Shown in pieces: positions 39,713 to 52,800 of a stretch of DNA of 64,000 nt (position 1 is the first letter of the stretch; each line of letters begins with the position of its first letter). Made by a program: the position numbers and the translations under genes. Source of the stretch: Eledone cirrhosa (Eukaryota); NCBI GenBank assembly GCA_964016885.1, contig OZ024755.1:9672001-9736000 (forward strand), written 5' to 3'. The notes beneath the pieces are model-generated. The model was not told the origin of the DNA. It was given only the letters and a program-made list of their open reading frames with translations, and did no database searches.

Positions 39713-42700
39713 GAACCCCCCCCCCCCCCCTCTCCACATTGCTACCAACATAAGCCACTAAAGCTAGAAGCTTTACATATTTTCAACTAGACTGAATGAC
39801 ACCAGTGGGCTAAGAGAGCAACTCAGCCATATTTTAACTAGACAATTATTCCACCTTCCAGACAAAACAAGACAAAACAAATAAAATAACAATATACATG
39901 AACATAAACCAGCTGTTATTGAGATGCATCTGTAAATGCCATATAACTTCTTTAAAATCATATTTAAGTCTGTGGCACTGTCCACGATAGAGATTTGTCT
40001 AGTACAACCTGTCATCATATAACCTTCAGCAACATGGTAATTGGACTTGACCTAAATACAAGCCTTATGATATCAAGGTATGACAATTTACCATGAATCA
40101 GCATGTCTTCCTTCACACACACACACACACAACTTTAACAAGGAGTAAGGTATTAAAACAATATTGCTGCTTTAAGATCTTTAACCCTTCGATACCAAAC
40201 TGCCAGAAACCATGTCTGGATCTATGCTATGAAGATGCTTATTTCAAAAACCTTCAATCATAATATCTGTTAATCTATGCTCAAAAGCATAAGCTCAATA
40301 TATATATATATATATATATATATCACCTTGACCGACCAGTCTGTCGGGTGTCAATTCGGCGCCGCTGGTCACAGCACGCCGTCCATTCCTCTCTGGATCG
40401 TGCTTCCCTCATACATGTAGTCCCAATCGTATTCTTCAAATATATATATACACAAACTTGATTATATGTATAAATAAGAAGGGACTTGATTACATAGTTA
40501 TATAATTATCACTGTCTATAGATGGCTAAGTATAGACAGGATATAGGATACATGTGTGTGTGTATGGATATAATTAGATTAAGTTTCCAACATAATCTAA
40601 TTCTATATATATATATAATCTAATTCTATATATATATGAGAGAGAGAGTGGTTTCATTATATACCTATTTAAAATCATCAGGAAAGCCCTAAAGGTGAAA
40701 GAAAGTGAGGCATCTTTTAACCGTTAACATCCTATACCACACAAAACTATATTAAGACATTCTTGAAAAGTACAGAACAGCACTCTAACTGCATCACATT
40801 AAAAACTTAAGTCTTTAATACTGCAGGCTTTCACTGAATTGTCCACTACTTCTTGCTCAATGAAGCCAGGGCCATCCTAAGCCAACGATCCCAAAGCATT
40901 GTCGTGCGTAGAGCCGATAAAGGACTTAATTACTACCCACAATTGTCCACTAGTACAGATAATATAAATTTTTGTATTAACATACCTGTCTTTAGATATT
41001 TTCTGCTCAATCATAGTTAAGATGTAATTATTTTTTACCTAATATATATATCTATAATAACAGTACTGCATAAATATAAATCCAACAAATATATTATAAA
41101 GTTAAAACAGCTGAAATGATGAGAATGTTTAGTAAATGTTTTAAAAAAACTATATCAGTATCTATACCATTTGCTCTCTTGTATTCAAAAGTTAGGAAGA
41201 GAAGGTGATGATTACATTTTTAAGGTCTGTGAGTGGTTTTAGTAAAATAAATATTGTTTAATTACATTTTTATGGTCTGTGAATGATTTTAGTTAAATAA
41301 TATTGTTTAACTGAAATTATTATTTATTTTAATTTTTATTATTTTACAGATTTTAGTTCTTAACTTGTTTTTTAACTGGATTTCTAAAGAAATATGCTTA
41401 TTTTAATTAATTAGTGAAGGATTTGAGATTTATAACTAAAACTAACTCTTTCATTAACATATCAGTAAAATAACTTGAGAGAAATAGCAAAAGAGGAGAT
41501 ATATATATATATATATAGGAACCGACAGCTGAGCTCAAGCCGTTTCGACGGCTAATTCTGCGTTATGGTCCACCTGGTTCCTTACCACATTTCCTTTGTT
41601 ATATATATATATATAAAGTTTTCATTTAAACAGGATCCCTTTAACCCTTTAGTATTTACATTACTCTATATATACTATTGTATTTTGTGGTATAGTCTTT
41701 ATCTTACATAATTATCTCACATAATATTGAATCTTTAAGATTTGATATTATTTCTTTTAAGAACAATACCGTAACATAATTATGAGCAGCAAGTTATGGC
41801 CGATTTGAACAGAAAGAGGTGAGAGAATTCTGGCCGGATACGGCTGGTTTAAATGCTAAATGGTTAAAGTACCAGTTTTGGGCAGGAAAAATATTGTTTT
41901 GTTTTAATGGTAAATGGCTGGAAGTAAAATCAGAATTGTACAATGCAAGTTAGAAATATAGGAGTAAAAAGAAAAGTAAAGAAAAACAAAATACAACAGG
42001 CTACACTTTTGCCCTCTATTTCAGGTGTAAACAGTTGTTTTGTTTTTTTCTTACTTTACTCTCTATTCTAGTTTTCACGCTTTTATTTCTAACTTGCATT
42101 GGACAAGCTTTCCAAAAAAAACCCCAAAAAACCCAATCATAACCACACATCTCACAATGTTTAATGTGAACTAAAATTACTATAAACTTATTTACACACT
42201 TCCATGTAAAGACCCCACCGTCCCATTTCTTGTGCACTCTTGCAGCAAATAAAGAAATCTATCTTTCATACATTGTATATGCTAGTGTCTATTACTTATT
42301 ACAGATATATATAGAGAGTAGTCTAAGAAATATTAATTTTATTTAAATTTAACTCAATAAAAAATATATTTAATCTTAATATTTAGAAATATTTATGCCA
42401 GTATTATAGACATATACCTGAAAATGTCACCAAGAATGACAATACAATCATATTCTGGGATATGGCAATGCAGACAGGGACATAGCTTAAAAAGTTCACT
42501 TGGCAATCATAAGGTGTCAGGTTCAATCCTACTGTGTGGTATCTTGGACAAGTGGCATTTACTTTAGATTAACCCATGTCTTGTTAGTGAAACCGGATAG
42601 ATGGAAAATGTTTGGAAGCCCGGCAGATGGACTCTACCTGTAATTTAAAGGGCTGCTCTTGTCATACAGTATATCATGCTGAATCTCCAAGATTTGAGTG

Positions 42701-45700
42701 AAGGGTACATGTGTTTGTGGAATGCTCAGTCACCTGAACATTAATTTCATGAGCAAGCTGTTCTATTGAATGAATAACTGGAACAATCATCATCAAAACT
42801 GACAGAGGTCTGTATTTTGTTCCTATATGTATTACATTGTAATGTATATATGTACTTGTAATTCCTGGTGGAGTCATAGGGGCGCTGTAGTGACATACAA
42901 TATTTATTGGGCATTTTGTTTAAACCTGACAGAGCACATCCCCTCTCAATGACTGAACACAGCTGATTTCCTCCAGAGTAAGGAGAGAGAAGGGTGAGGA
43001 AGAATCCACCCCAGTACTAGAGTAGTACATTTTTTTTTTATCAACCTCAGAAGGATGAAAGGTAAAATTCACCTCAACAGAATTTTAACTTAGAGTACAG
43101 AGAACCAGAACAAATACTGCAAAGCATTCTTTCCAACATTCCAATGACTGTCAATTTGCTGTTTACATTCTAATATATATATATATATATGTTATATATA
43201 TAATTTGGTAGCTCCAAGGAAGTTTGGTTAACAAAACAGTCTTTTTTTGTCAAATATATATGATGTTCATTTTCTATGCTTCTCTATCTATTCATTGGCC
43301 TGTAAAATGCCTTTGATGGTGCATGCTGGGGAAACTAACATATATTACTGTTTCAAGAGTGTTGGACAGGCATGTATTAAGTTAGAATTGGTTGTAACTT
43401 CAATCCCCAACTAATTATTATATTCTCAATGCAAATTGGTCAAAGTGCTGTGGAAAAAGTTCAAACTCTGGTTATGATTTCAAAAGATGTCATGACAAGA
43501 GAAGAAAATCTCAATTCGATATGTAGAAAGGGAGCAGAGAGGAATGTAGTACTGTGTTTTTAATAGTCAAGTTGATAACTGCATTATACTACTAAGAGCT
43601 TGGTTATAACATTCTCAGTTTATAGCGTTGTTTTATGATGCCATAAGGCATAACATCACTACTCCAAGAATGTGAACCTAGAATGTGCAGAGGAGCATTC
43701 CCTTGTGCATGCCGCCCCATGGTCCCAGTGGAGGGATTGGAAAAATACATTACCATGGAGGAGGGCAAGGGTGACATGTTTTTAATTAAAGCTATAAGCA
43801 TATAAAATATATCTGACAGACAACCAGAACTTCAGATGTGATAGATGTTCAGGAATAGTTGGTAATAGGAACAATGTACTTGTACTAGTGTTGGTGTTTA
43901 CCCAGGATGGGTTGAGCTGCCTCCAACCAGTGAATCTACAGCATTGGGAACTGAGTCTACCCTTTTGTGGTGATCATAGATATCTGATGCAGATATTGTC
44001 TGACAGACATAATTCCAGTAGTAGACAGCATAACCAGTGAATCCACAGCATTATCAACAGAAGCTGCCCATATATAATAATCAGAGATGTCCAATGCAGG
44101 CACCATATATATTCCAACATCAGGCACCATATATATTCAAGGGGTTTTCATGTAACAAAATTCATAAATTGCTCAAATAGTTTATATTTAACAGCTTGGT
44201 CTTGTTATCAGATGATATCATTAATTATGTTGAAGGCAGGGGTGGTGTTATCAATAAGGCCAACCAGGCATCCATCTAGGGTGCAAACCTCAGAGAGCAA
44301 TATTACCGAACCTTGAAGGATCACAGTTTTATACAAATTTGTATAATATATAATAATTTCCTGCAATCAATAAATACATCGCTAAACATCTTTGCCACAT
44401 AGCAGTGTTGAGGGTCATATGGTGTTATGACTTGTAATATGATTTGGTGCTGGAAAGTATGGATTGCAGACTGGGAAATGCTGGCTTATTAATTTTCTCA
44501 GTGTGGTCAGAGCAAAACTAGGTTCATCAGCTTACCGAACTGTAAGTTGAAGTTATTTTATTTGGGAGAATGGGAGATATATATGGAACGATCGACTTTC
44601 GTCAAATCGGACCAAGGAAACAATGTTTCCATTGGTCTTTCCAATTGCTAATACTATCTATCGGTCGCAACTCCAGGTAGAAGGAACAACGTGAAATAAA
44701 GTGTCTTGCTCAAGGACATAACGCATTGCTCGGTCCGGGAATCGAACTCACAATCTCACGATTACAAATCCAATTCTCTAACCACTCAGCCACATGCCTA
44801 AGTGGGATAAGTGGGGGTAGGGTACACATTTTAGGGTTAGCTTAGGGTGCTAAATATCCAGGTACCAGGTCAGGCTGGAGGTAGTTCTAACATATATAGC
44901 AGGTAGAGTGAGAAAGAGGTAGAAGTAGCTCAGGCAGTTGTTAACTTTGTTGGTAACAAAGATTGTCTCTCTCTTCTTTAGTAAAAAGTTGGCTGTGAAT
45001 GTCAGAAGTAGAACTTTGCACTTCTGTGAGACATTGAATATGGTGGGGCTGCAGAAAACTGGAGATAAGCAAATCAAGAATAATGTTGGATGTACAATAA
45101 GCTTTTGCAGGAGAGAGAGAGAGAGTGTGTGTGTGTGGTGTGTGGTGTGTGGTGTGTGGTGTGTGGTGTGTGGTGTGTGGTGTGTGGTGTGTGTGTGTGT
45201 GTGCGCAGGTAAAATAAAAATAAATAAATAATATAAATAATAATAATTATAATAATAATGACAATAATAATAATAAAAACAATAATGATAATAATAAAGT
45301 AGCAGGTTTATTACAGACATCAGAAGATGTGTGCTTGGGGTGGTGGTTTCACTAATAGGAATAAAGGACACTTAGTGAGTGAAAAAAAGTGTTGAATGTT
45401 GACAGTGGAAGGTATTTTGTGACAGACAAAGACTAAGAAAGACGTGTGGTGAAGTGGGAGATCAAATCTTAAGATATTTAGCAAACAGAAAGCATGCCAG
45501 CAAGAAGAAAAATAGATGTTGCTGCTGCTGCTGCTGTTGTTGTTGTTGGTAGTGTTGATGGCTGTGATAGTGGTGGTGATGTGTGATGTTTGTATTTAGT
45601 GGAAATTTGTCAATTATGCTTTTGAAAGGTGAATTAATTAACATGAATTAATTGGAGGAATTTGATTAATAACAATAGTTATATTATTTGTCATTTTAAA

Positions 45701-45742
45701 AAATTAATTTTCATGAATTACAGGAAATTTTTTTTTTTTTAC

Positions 45743-45980
45743 TGGTTTGGCTGGAGGGAGGGACTGTGGTCATGGCGTTTGGTTGGAGGAAGGGTCTGTA
45801 CTCATGATGTTTGGCTGGAAGGATTGTGGTCATTGTGTTTGGCTGGAGGGAGGGAAGGACTGTGGTCGTGGTGTTTGGCTGGAGGGAGGGAAGGACTGTG
45901 GTCGTGGTGTTTGGTTGGAGGGAGGGAAGGACTGTGGTCGTAGTGTTTGGCTGGAGGGAGGGAAGGAATATGGTCATGGT
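45743..45980. repeat. 36-bp G-rich minisatellite, ~6 copies
   Basis: gtttggctggagggagggaaggactgtggtcgtggt. Confidence 0.9.
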
Positions 45981-46440
45981 ATTTGCATGCCTCCAAGATT
46001 AGGATAATTAATGCAGTTATGTTCCACTTGAACATCTGCAAGTCAACAGCTACTGGAAAGACATGCAGGGATGGAATTCCAGAAGAATAGTGTTCTGGGG
46101 AAGAAGGACTGGATGTAAGTGGTTAGAGTGTGGTGTGATAGAATGGACACAAGATGGATGATCAAACGATGAAAGAAAAGGGGAGAGAGAGAAGAACAGA
46201 AAATACAAGATTGCTATGACCCTATTGGAAGAAGTTTTTTGAGATTTTTGTTCATGGAGTCAGTAAAGACTGGGTGGGAAGTGTCTAGGTTGCATGTGGA
46301 TGATATTTGAGTAAGAAAAGTTAGAGAGAAATGAAGAGTAGTTATCTGTGTAGAGGTGGGAGTTGGTGGTGGTGACAGTAAGTCAGAGGAATTGTGTGGG
46401 TCAGGGAAAGATCCCAGATAACTGAATCCTAGGGTACATT

Positions 46441-46922
46441 AGAGTTAATAGAGTGTGGATGAAGGAGAGCTCCGACATAAGTGAACCCTGAGACACACTA
46501 GAGTTAATAGAGTGTGGATGAAGGAGAGTTCCGACATAAGTGAACCCTGAGACACACTATAGTTGATAGAGTGTGGATGAAGGAGAGTTCCGACATAAGT
46601 GAACCCTGAGACACACTAGAGTTAATAGAGTGTGGATGAAGGAGAGTTCCAACATAAGTGAACCCTGAGACACACTAGAGTTAATAGAGTGTGGATGAAG
46701 GAGAGCTCCGACATAAGTGAACCCTGAGACACACTATAGTTGATAGAGTGTGGATGAAGGAGAGTTCCGACATAAGTGAACCCTGAGACACACTAGAGTT
46801 AATAGAGTGTGGATGAAGGAGAGTTCCGACATAAGTGAACCCTGAGACACACTAGAGTTAATAGAGTGTGGATGAAGGAGAGCTCCGACATAAGTGAACC
46901 CTGAGACACACTATAGTTGATA
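46441..46922. repeat. 59-bp tandem repeat, 8+ near-identical copies
   Basis: agagttaatagagtgtggatgaaggagagttccgacataagtgaaccctgagacacact. Confidence 0.97.
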
Positions 46923-47846
46923 ATGTATGGGTGAGGGAGAGATCCCATATAACTGAAAACAGCAGGTAGCTTTGCCAGGGGGATGGCATGGAAGACACAG
47001 ACAAAAGCCTTGAAGATGCTGAGGTTAACATTGTTTTTACAAAATTTCTCAAGGATAAGAATCTACTGGTTGGTGGCAGAGCAGAATAAGTCTTATCACA
47101 CTTCTTGTCTGCTATCCCTTTCCCCGATACACACATATTGCACTATTTCTCTCCTACCAACAACATGTCGCTACCATTGCTCCTTTCCCTCCTCTACCAT
47201 TTTTCCCCCACTTTACACTCATATTCAACTCTCACCTCATTTGACCTCCTGGTTATCACTTGCCTTCAAATTCAACTCTTCAGCACTTTTGATTCGAAAA
47301 AGTGGAGGTGACATAGTTATGAAGAGGAGTCGTTTTGCCATGTAGGGGCTAAGCAAGCTCTCTAGTGTTGGTGCCAAAATAAAATACACCCAGAACACTA
47401 TAAATAGGTTGGTGTTAAGAATTCACACCAAGAATTGGAACATACAAGTGAGGCAGGGTAGTAATTCCGAATAAGAACCGACTTGGATTGTAGCAACCTA
47501 CCCAACCCCTGAAAACATAGAAAGGTGTAAAATGACGATGATTATGATGGTGATTGTATGTGTGTGTGTGCGCGCACATATTATTCCAATCATGGTTATT
47601 TTCTCTATGTTATGTTGAATAGTGAAGATAAATATATTTAAAATAACAAGTATGGTCTATTAAAGATTATACTTGTATTATTGATATAACAATTTTTGTT
47701 TAAGTTTAACACTAGGCCACACATTTTGAAGGGATGTATTCAGTTTAATAGATCCCAGTATATATATATATAGGTATGATCTATTAAAATGCTAAGCTGA
47801 AGGCAATAGTAGGAAACTCTCTAATTATATAACATTATAAATGTCT

Positions 47847-48088
47847 TTAACCCTTTTGTGACTGCATTTCTAATGAAATACACTATTTCAATTAATAAAT
47901 TAAAAATTTTGAGAGATTTACTAAAATCATTAATTGTTTTGTTATTAAGATAGTGACTTAATATATGGTACTTATATCAATAAACTTATGTTTGAAAATT
48001 TAAATTGGAACCCTTTAAAATGGGTGGTTTAATTTATTTTTTATAAAGCCAGTGCCAGTTTTATCCAGGTTGATATCAAAAGGGTTAA
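47847..48088. mobile_element. piggyBac-like MITE of the most abundant local family
   Basis: ttaa-ccctttt ... aaaaggg-ttaa; relatives at ~2400-2625, 18477, 27535, 34820, 37640 and 60290. Confidence 0.75.
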
Positions 48089-48849
48089 GGTGTTTAGCAT
48101 TGCAGATGTATCTCATTTTTTTAAAAACAGATAAAAACTATATATTTTTTATCTACTTTAAGCAAAACTTAATTGCTTTTGCGCAAAATACCAACAGAAC
48201 ATGCTATTGGTAAATAGGCATTTGGAATTTAAAATTTACATCTGCTTAAAAAAAATATATATATATATATAAAGCACACAGTAAAATTAAATATTCACAC
48301 ACAAAGTTTTTCAAACTAATTTCTCTAATTACTCAAAACAAGAAAAACAACTAATTATTTTTTGTGCTAAATTCAAACTCAAAAGAATGTTTTTAGATTT
48401 TAGTTACAGTTTGTACATTTAAATTTTAATATAGTTTATATTTCTAGGTTTTAGTATAGATTTTATATCAATTTGGATTTTTAAAAAATCAGTTTTGTTT
48501 TATGAAGGATTATTCACTAAAGAAACCCAGGTCACCTTATTCAAAAATTATAAGTGTATGAATAAAGTGACCTGATTACATTACATATTTTGTAAGATAA
48601 TTAGTGTGTCTCTGGTAATTTAGTTTAATATTAGTTTGATGGTGTTGAGGATATATATATTTTAAAAGAATTAGCACCACACCCAGAGAGATATTTCAAT
48701 TGGTCAGGTATAAAAAACTTAACCTGTTTTTTAGTGTATGTTGTTTCTATTGATCAGTTCTTGATTTAAAATTAAGCTAAAAAATTATTAATTTAGGAGT
48801 TGTACTTGTCTGACAAGTGACATCATCTGAGACAAGGTGTTGAAACTAA

Positions 48850-49502
48850 AGCAATTACATTGTGAAAGAATCATTTTAGCCATTCAAAGACATACAAAAA
48901 CTTCTCTTTGCATTCATCATTAATTTTTCGGTGTTAATATTTTCATTGCACCGTTTGTGACCTGGTCTACTGACAGTATTATAGTGGCCAGATTACAGTG
49001 TGTCAGTGGAACTGTGTCAGGGGCCAGGTCACAGTGTGACAGTGGAGTTGTGTCAGTGACCAGGTCACAAAGAGTGACAGTGGAGCTGTGTCAGTGACCA
49101 GGTCAGAAAGAGTGACAGTGGAGCTGTGTCAGTGACCAGGTCACAAAGAGTGACAGTGGAGCTGTGTCAGTGACCAGGTCACAAAGAGTGACAGTGGATC
49201 TGTGTCAGTGACCAGGTCACAAAGAGTGACAGTGGATCTGTGAAAGTGACCAGGTTACAAACAGTGTGACAATGGAACTGTGTCAGTGGCCAGGTCAGTG
49301 TGACAGTGGCGCTGTGTCAATAACCAGATTACAGTGTCAGTGACCAGGTCACAAAATTGTGACAATGGAGCTGTGCCATTGACCAGGTCACAAAGAGTGC
49401 AACAAAAATGTTAATACCAAGAAACAAATGACAAATGTAAAGTGAAGTTAACAGTTTCTGTGTTGTTGAATTTCTAAAACGACTCCTCCACGACATAATT
49501 GC
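48850..49502. repeat. Foldback element with internal 38-bp minisatellite (~48985-49400)
   Basis: Imperfect ~120-bp inverted arms around gtgacagtggagctgtgtcagtgaccaggtcacaaaga repeats. Confidence 0.8.
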
Positions 49503-49705
49503 CATTTACTCCATCAATTCAATTGATATATATATATAGCAACGGGAAGAAGAAGAATAAAAAGAAAAAGAAGAAAATACTAGCTAATAATAAATGTTGT
49601 TAGAGAAACCAGAGTGCAATATCAGCAGCAGCAGTGTAGCAACACAGTGTTACTACAGGAATATCACACACACACACACATACAACTAACTAGATAAGTT
49701 GGCAA

Positions 49706-49821
49706 TCATGGCTTGATACTCCACCTGAGCAAGGGTATCTCTTCCAGCACACAAGTGCCAAATGGTGTCATAGTCATTTTCACTAAAGTCTCACACGGGA
49801 CAGGCACATATGGGATCTCCT
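49706..49821 (-). CDS. PFKFB: PFKFB paralogous alternative exon (duplicate of the 34395-34522 exon, with its own stop)
   Basis: Phase-1 acceptor gives EEIPYVPVPCETLVKMTMTPFGTCVLEEIPLLRWSIKP*, aligning with [29 protein letters not shown]. Confidence 0.75.
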
Positions 49822-52800
49822 CTAGATCGTGGTTTTGGTGATACAAAAAGGAAAAAAGGCAACACCAGTTAATGGTATGTATATGTAAAAGAAATGTTTT
49901 ATCTCCATGACATTAAAAGAAGCATAAAGAATGACTCTAGTAGTACTCAGTGTGTTGACTTTGAAGAATTCTATTGAAGAAGAAAATAAAAAGTAAGATA
50001 TATATAGATATAGATATATATGTGTAGTGATTTTATACAGTCCAATGTTTTCAAATTCATACTACACATGTTTCAAAGTAAGACAGATATATCCAACTTA
50101 TCATTAGGCAGTTTTTGCCTGATGATAAGTTGGGCACATTTGTTTAACTTTGAAACATGTGTAGTGAGAACTTGTAAACCTTGAACTATATTAAAACAAC
50201 TCTTCTCACAAAATTGAGTTCTCTCCCCACCTTTGGATATTCTAATTGCTATATCTATATATATATATATATAAAACAAAGATGAAAATGCATGCATATA
50301 TGTATTCTATGTTTTACTTATATTTATCAGTGTCTTCTCATAAAAAACTAATTCAACTTTCAAATAGCCAGTGTCTGTAATCTACTAGTTTAACTGTTCC
50401 CAGATAATCTTGTTATTTGTGTGAATCTGTACTATTTGTTCTGTAATGAACAGCATATACTGAGAATAAACAGTATATCATTTGCTGTAATATACAATAC
50501 AAGTATCAAAAGTAATCCATCATTATGAGAATATAGTTGTGTTTGCCATCATTATCATCATCATCATCATCATCCTCTTTATGTCTGCTTTCCATGTTGA
50601 CATGGGCTGATGTCTCAAGGTCCCAGACATGACAAGACAAGAAGGGGTCTGATAACCACTATGGAACACATTTCATTTCAGACAAGCCTTCAGTTTCAAT
50701 GGCTTTTACAATATTTTATGACAAAAATATTTTGTCATTAGAGCTAGTGATACAGTAAAACTCTGGTAAGTAAAAAACAGTACTATGACTGTATTACATT
50801 AAAAAGTCTTTAATTTATTGAAAATTTTCACAACAATCTGTCTCTGTCCACTAGTAAAGATACTATAAACATTTAAGTTAAGAATCCCTCGTTCAATATT
50901 TTCTGTGAAATCATTACAGAATGTTATGAGTCAATTAACAACCATGCATACACAGCAGATCTTTTTAGCATAATTGACTGCATCACATTAAATATTGAAG
51001 TATTTACTTTAATACTGCAAATTTTCACAACAATCAGTCAGCTAGTAAAAATATTATAAACATTTGAATTAACAAACCTGTTTTTAGATATTTTTTACTA
51101 AATAATTTACAGGATGTTAAAAGTTAAAATAATTTGTTGAAATTTGTTGAATTTGTCCCATATTGCAGATACCTAAATAGTCCAAATCTATTTCTACAGC
51201 AGACTGATTTCATGTTGACTTAAATGACATTTCTTGAGTGTATGTTAGTGACAGAGAGAGGTGATGAGAGATGATAAGAGATGATAATGTTAGGTAAGAT
51301 CTGCAGATAATATTCCATTGACACCAAGAAATCCAATGTGTTTTCTGGTCCTAAAAAGAATATGAGAACTGAAAAAAAAATTATATAATTAATCTAATTA
51401 TACTCAATTTTCTTTGAATGAAAGAGGAAGCTTTATTTTTTTTATCTACCTTTCATTTATATAAATTTGAATTTTTATCAAGTTAATTTTGAAATAAAAT
51501 TACATTGTTGTTAGTTGTGTATTAAAAAAAGAAATTTCATATTAAAAAAACAAAAAAGAATCAAGCAATTTCATTAAAAGCCAAGAGGTATCATCCTCTG
51601 GAAATAAAAACACTTGATTAAACTCCATCAACAAACAACATACAAGTTTTGTCTATGAAAATTTAAAAGGTAAATAATACATAAAAAAAAGGAAAGGAGT
51701 CAATCATCAGATCAGACGAAGAAAACAATCTTTAATAAGAAAAAAAATTTAAGAGAAAAATGGAGAGAGTGTACAAGCATGTGTTTTATATAAAAACTTT
51801 AATGGGCATGATGAATGTTATCTAAAATATGCAGCAGATTATTAGAAACTTTAACATAGCAATAAAAGCTGGAACTATATTGATGATAGCTTCAAAGAAA
51901 AATAATTGAGAATGAAAGGGAAAAAGAAAAAGTAAGGAGTTGATTGGCATATCAGACCAAAGTCCCCATTGATCTTTCTATTGCTGATATTATCTGTCTA
52001 TCATCAAATTGGATCGATGAAACTGGGTTTCATTAGTTTTACCATTGCTGATATTATTTGTTCATCACCAGATCAGACCAAGGAAACTATGTTTCCACTG
52101 GTCTTTCTATTGCTGATATTATTTGCCAGTCATCAGATTGGATCAAGGAAACTATGTTTCCATTGGTCTTTTCATTGCTGATACTATCTGCTGGTGACAA
52201 CTCCTGGCAGAACAAGACAAGATTTGAACTCAGAAAGCTGAGAGCTGAATCAGATACCACAAAGCATCCTGTCTGACTGTGATCTTTTTGACACCAACCT
52301 GCCTAAAAACACCCCCAAGTTTTATGATACAAAACTTCTTGTTTTAAAGTGTTTATATTTGAATTAAAACCTCCCGTCATTCAATTTATGTAAGAACCAT
52401 TTTATGAAGATCCAAGCACCATCTTAATGTAAAATTATTTTATTTAAATACCATGAGTTTCCTTATTATTTTCAAGATTTATTGAAATAGTGTATTTAAT
52501 TAGAAATATGACAAGACATTTTATTTCCTGCTGCCTCAGTTTACTCAGCTGTAAAAATGAGTTGCAATGTCACTGGTGCCAAGCTGTATCAGTCTTTGCT
52601 TTCTCTTGGACAACAACGGTGGTGTGGAGAAGGGAGACTGGTATACATGGGTGACTACTGGTCTTCTACAAACAACTTTGCCCAGACTTGCACCTTGGAA
52701 GGGAACTTTCTAGGTGCAAATCCCATAGTCATTTGAGACCGAAGGGGGTCTTTACTCTTTACCCTTTTATGGTATTAAAAGGGTTAACAATCCTGCCAAT

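Noticed and set aside
39119-39790. Longest ORF in the track (223 aa)
   Set aside because: Antisense of an RTE LINE fragment.
39910-40008. Another phase-1 in-frame PFKFB exon candidate (…LNMILKKLYGIYRC…)
   Set aside because: Poor pyrimidine tract and only marginal similarity to the canonical exon.
43319-43342. Staf/ZNF143-like motif resembling the one at 7777
   Set aside because: Isolated short match with no accompanying promoter or snRNA gene evidence.
51220-51368. Phase-1 open frame behind strong acceptor-like sites
   Set aside because: No similarity to PFKFB; such frames are expected by chance in T-rich introns.
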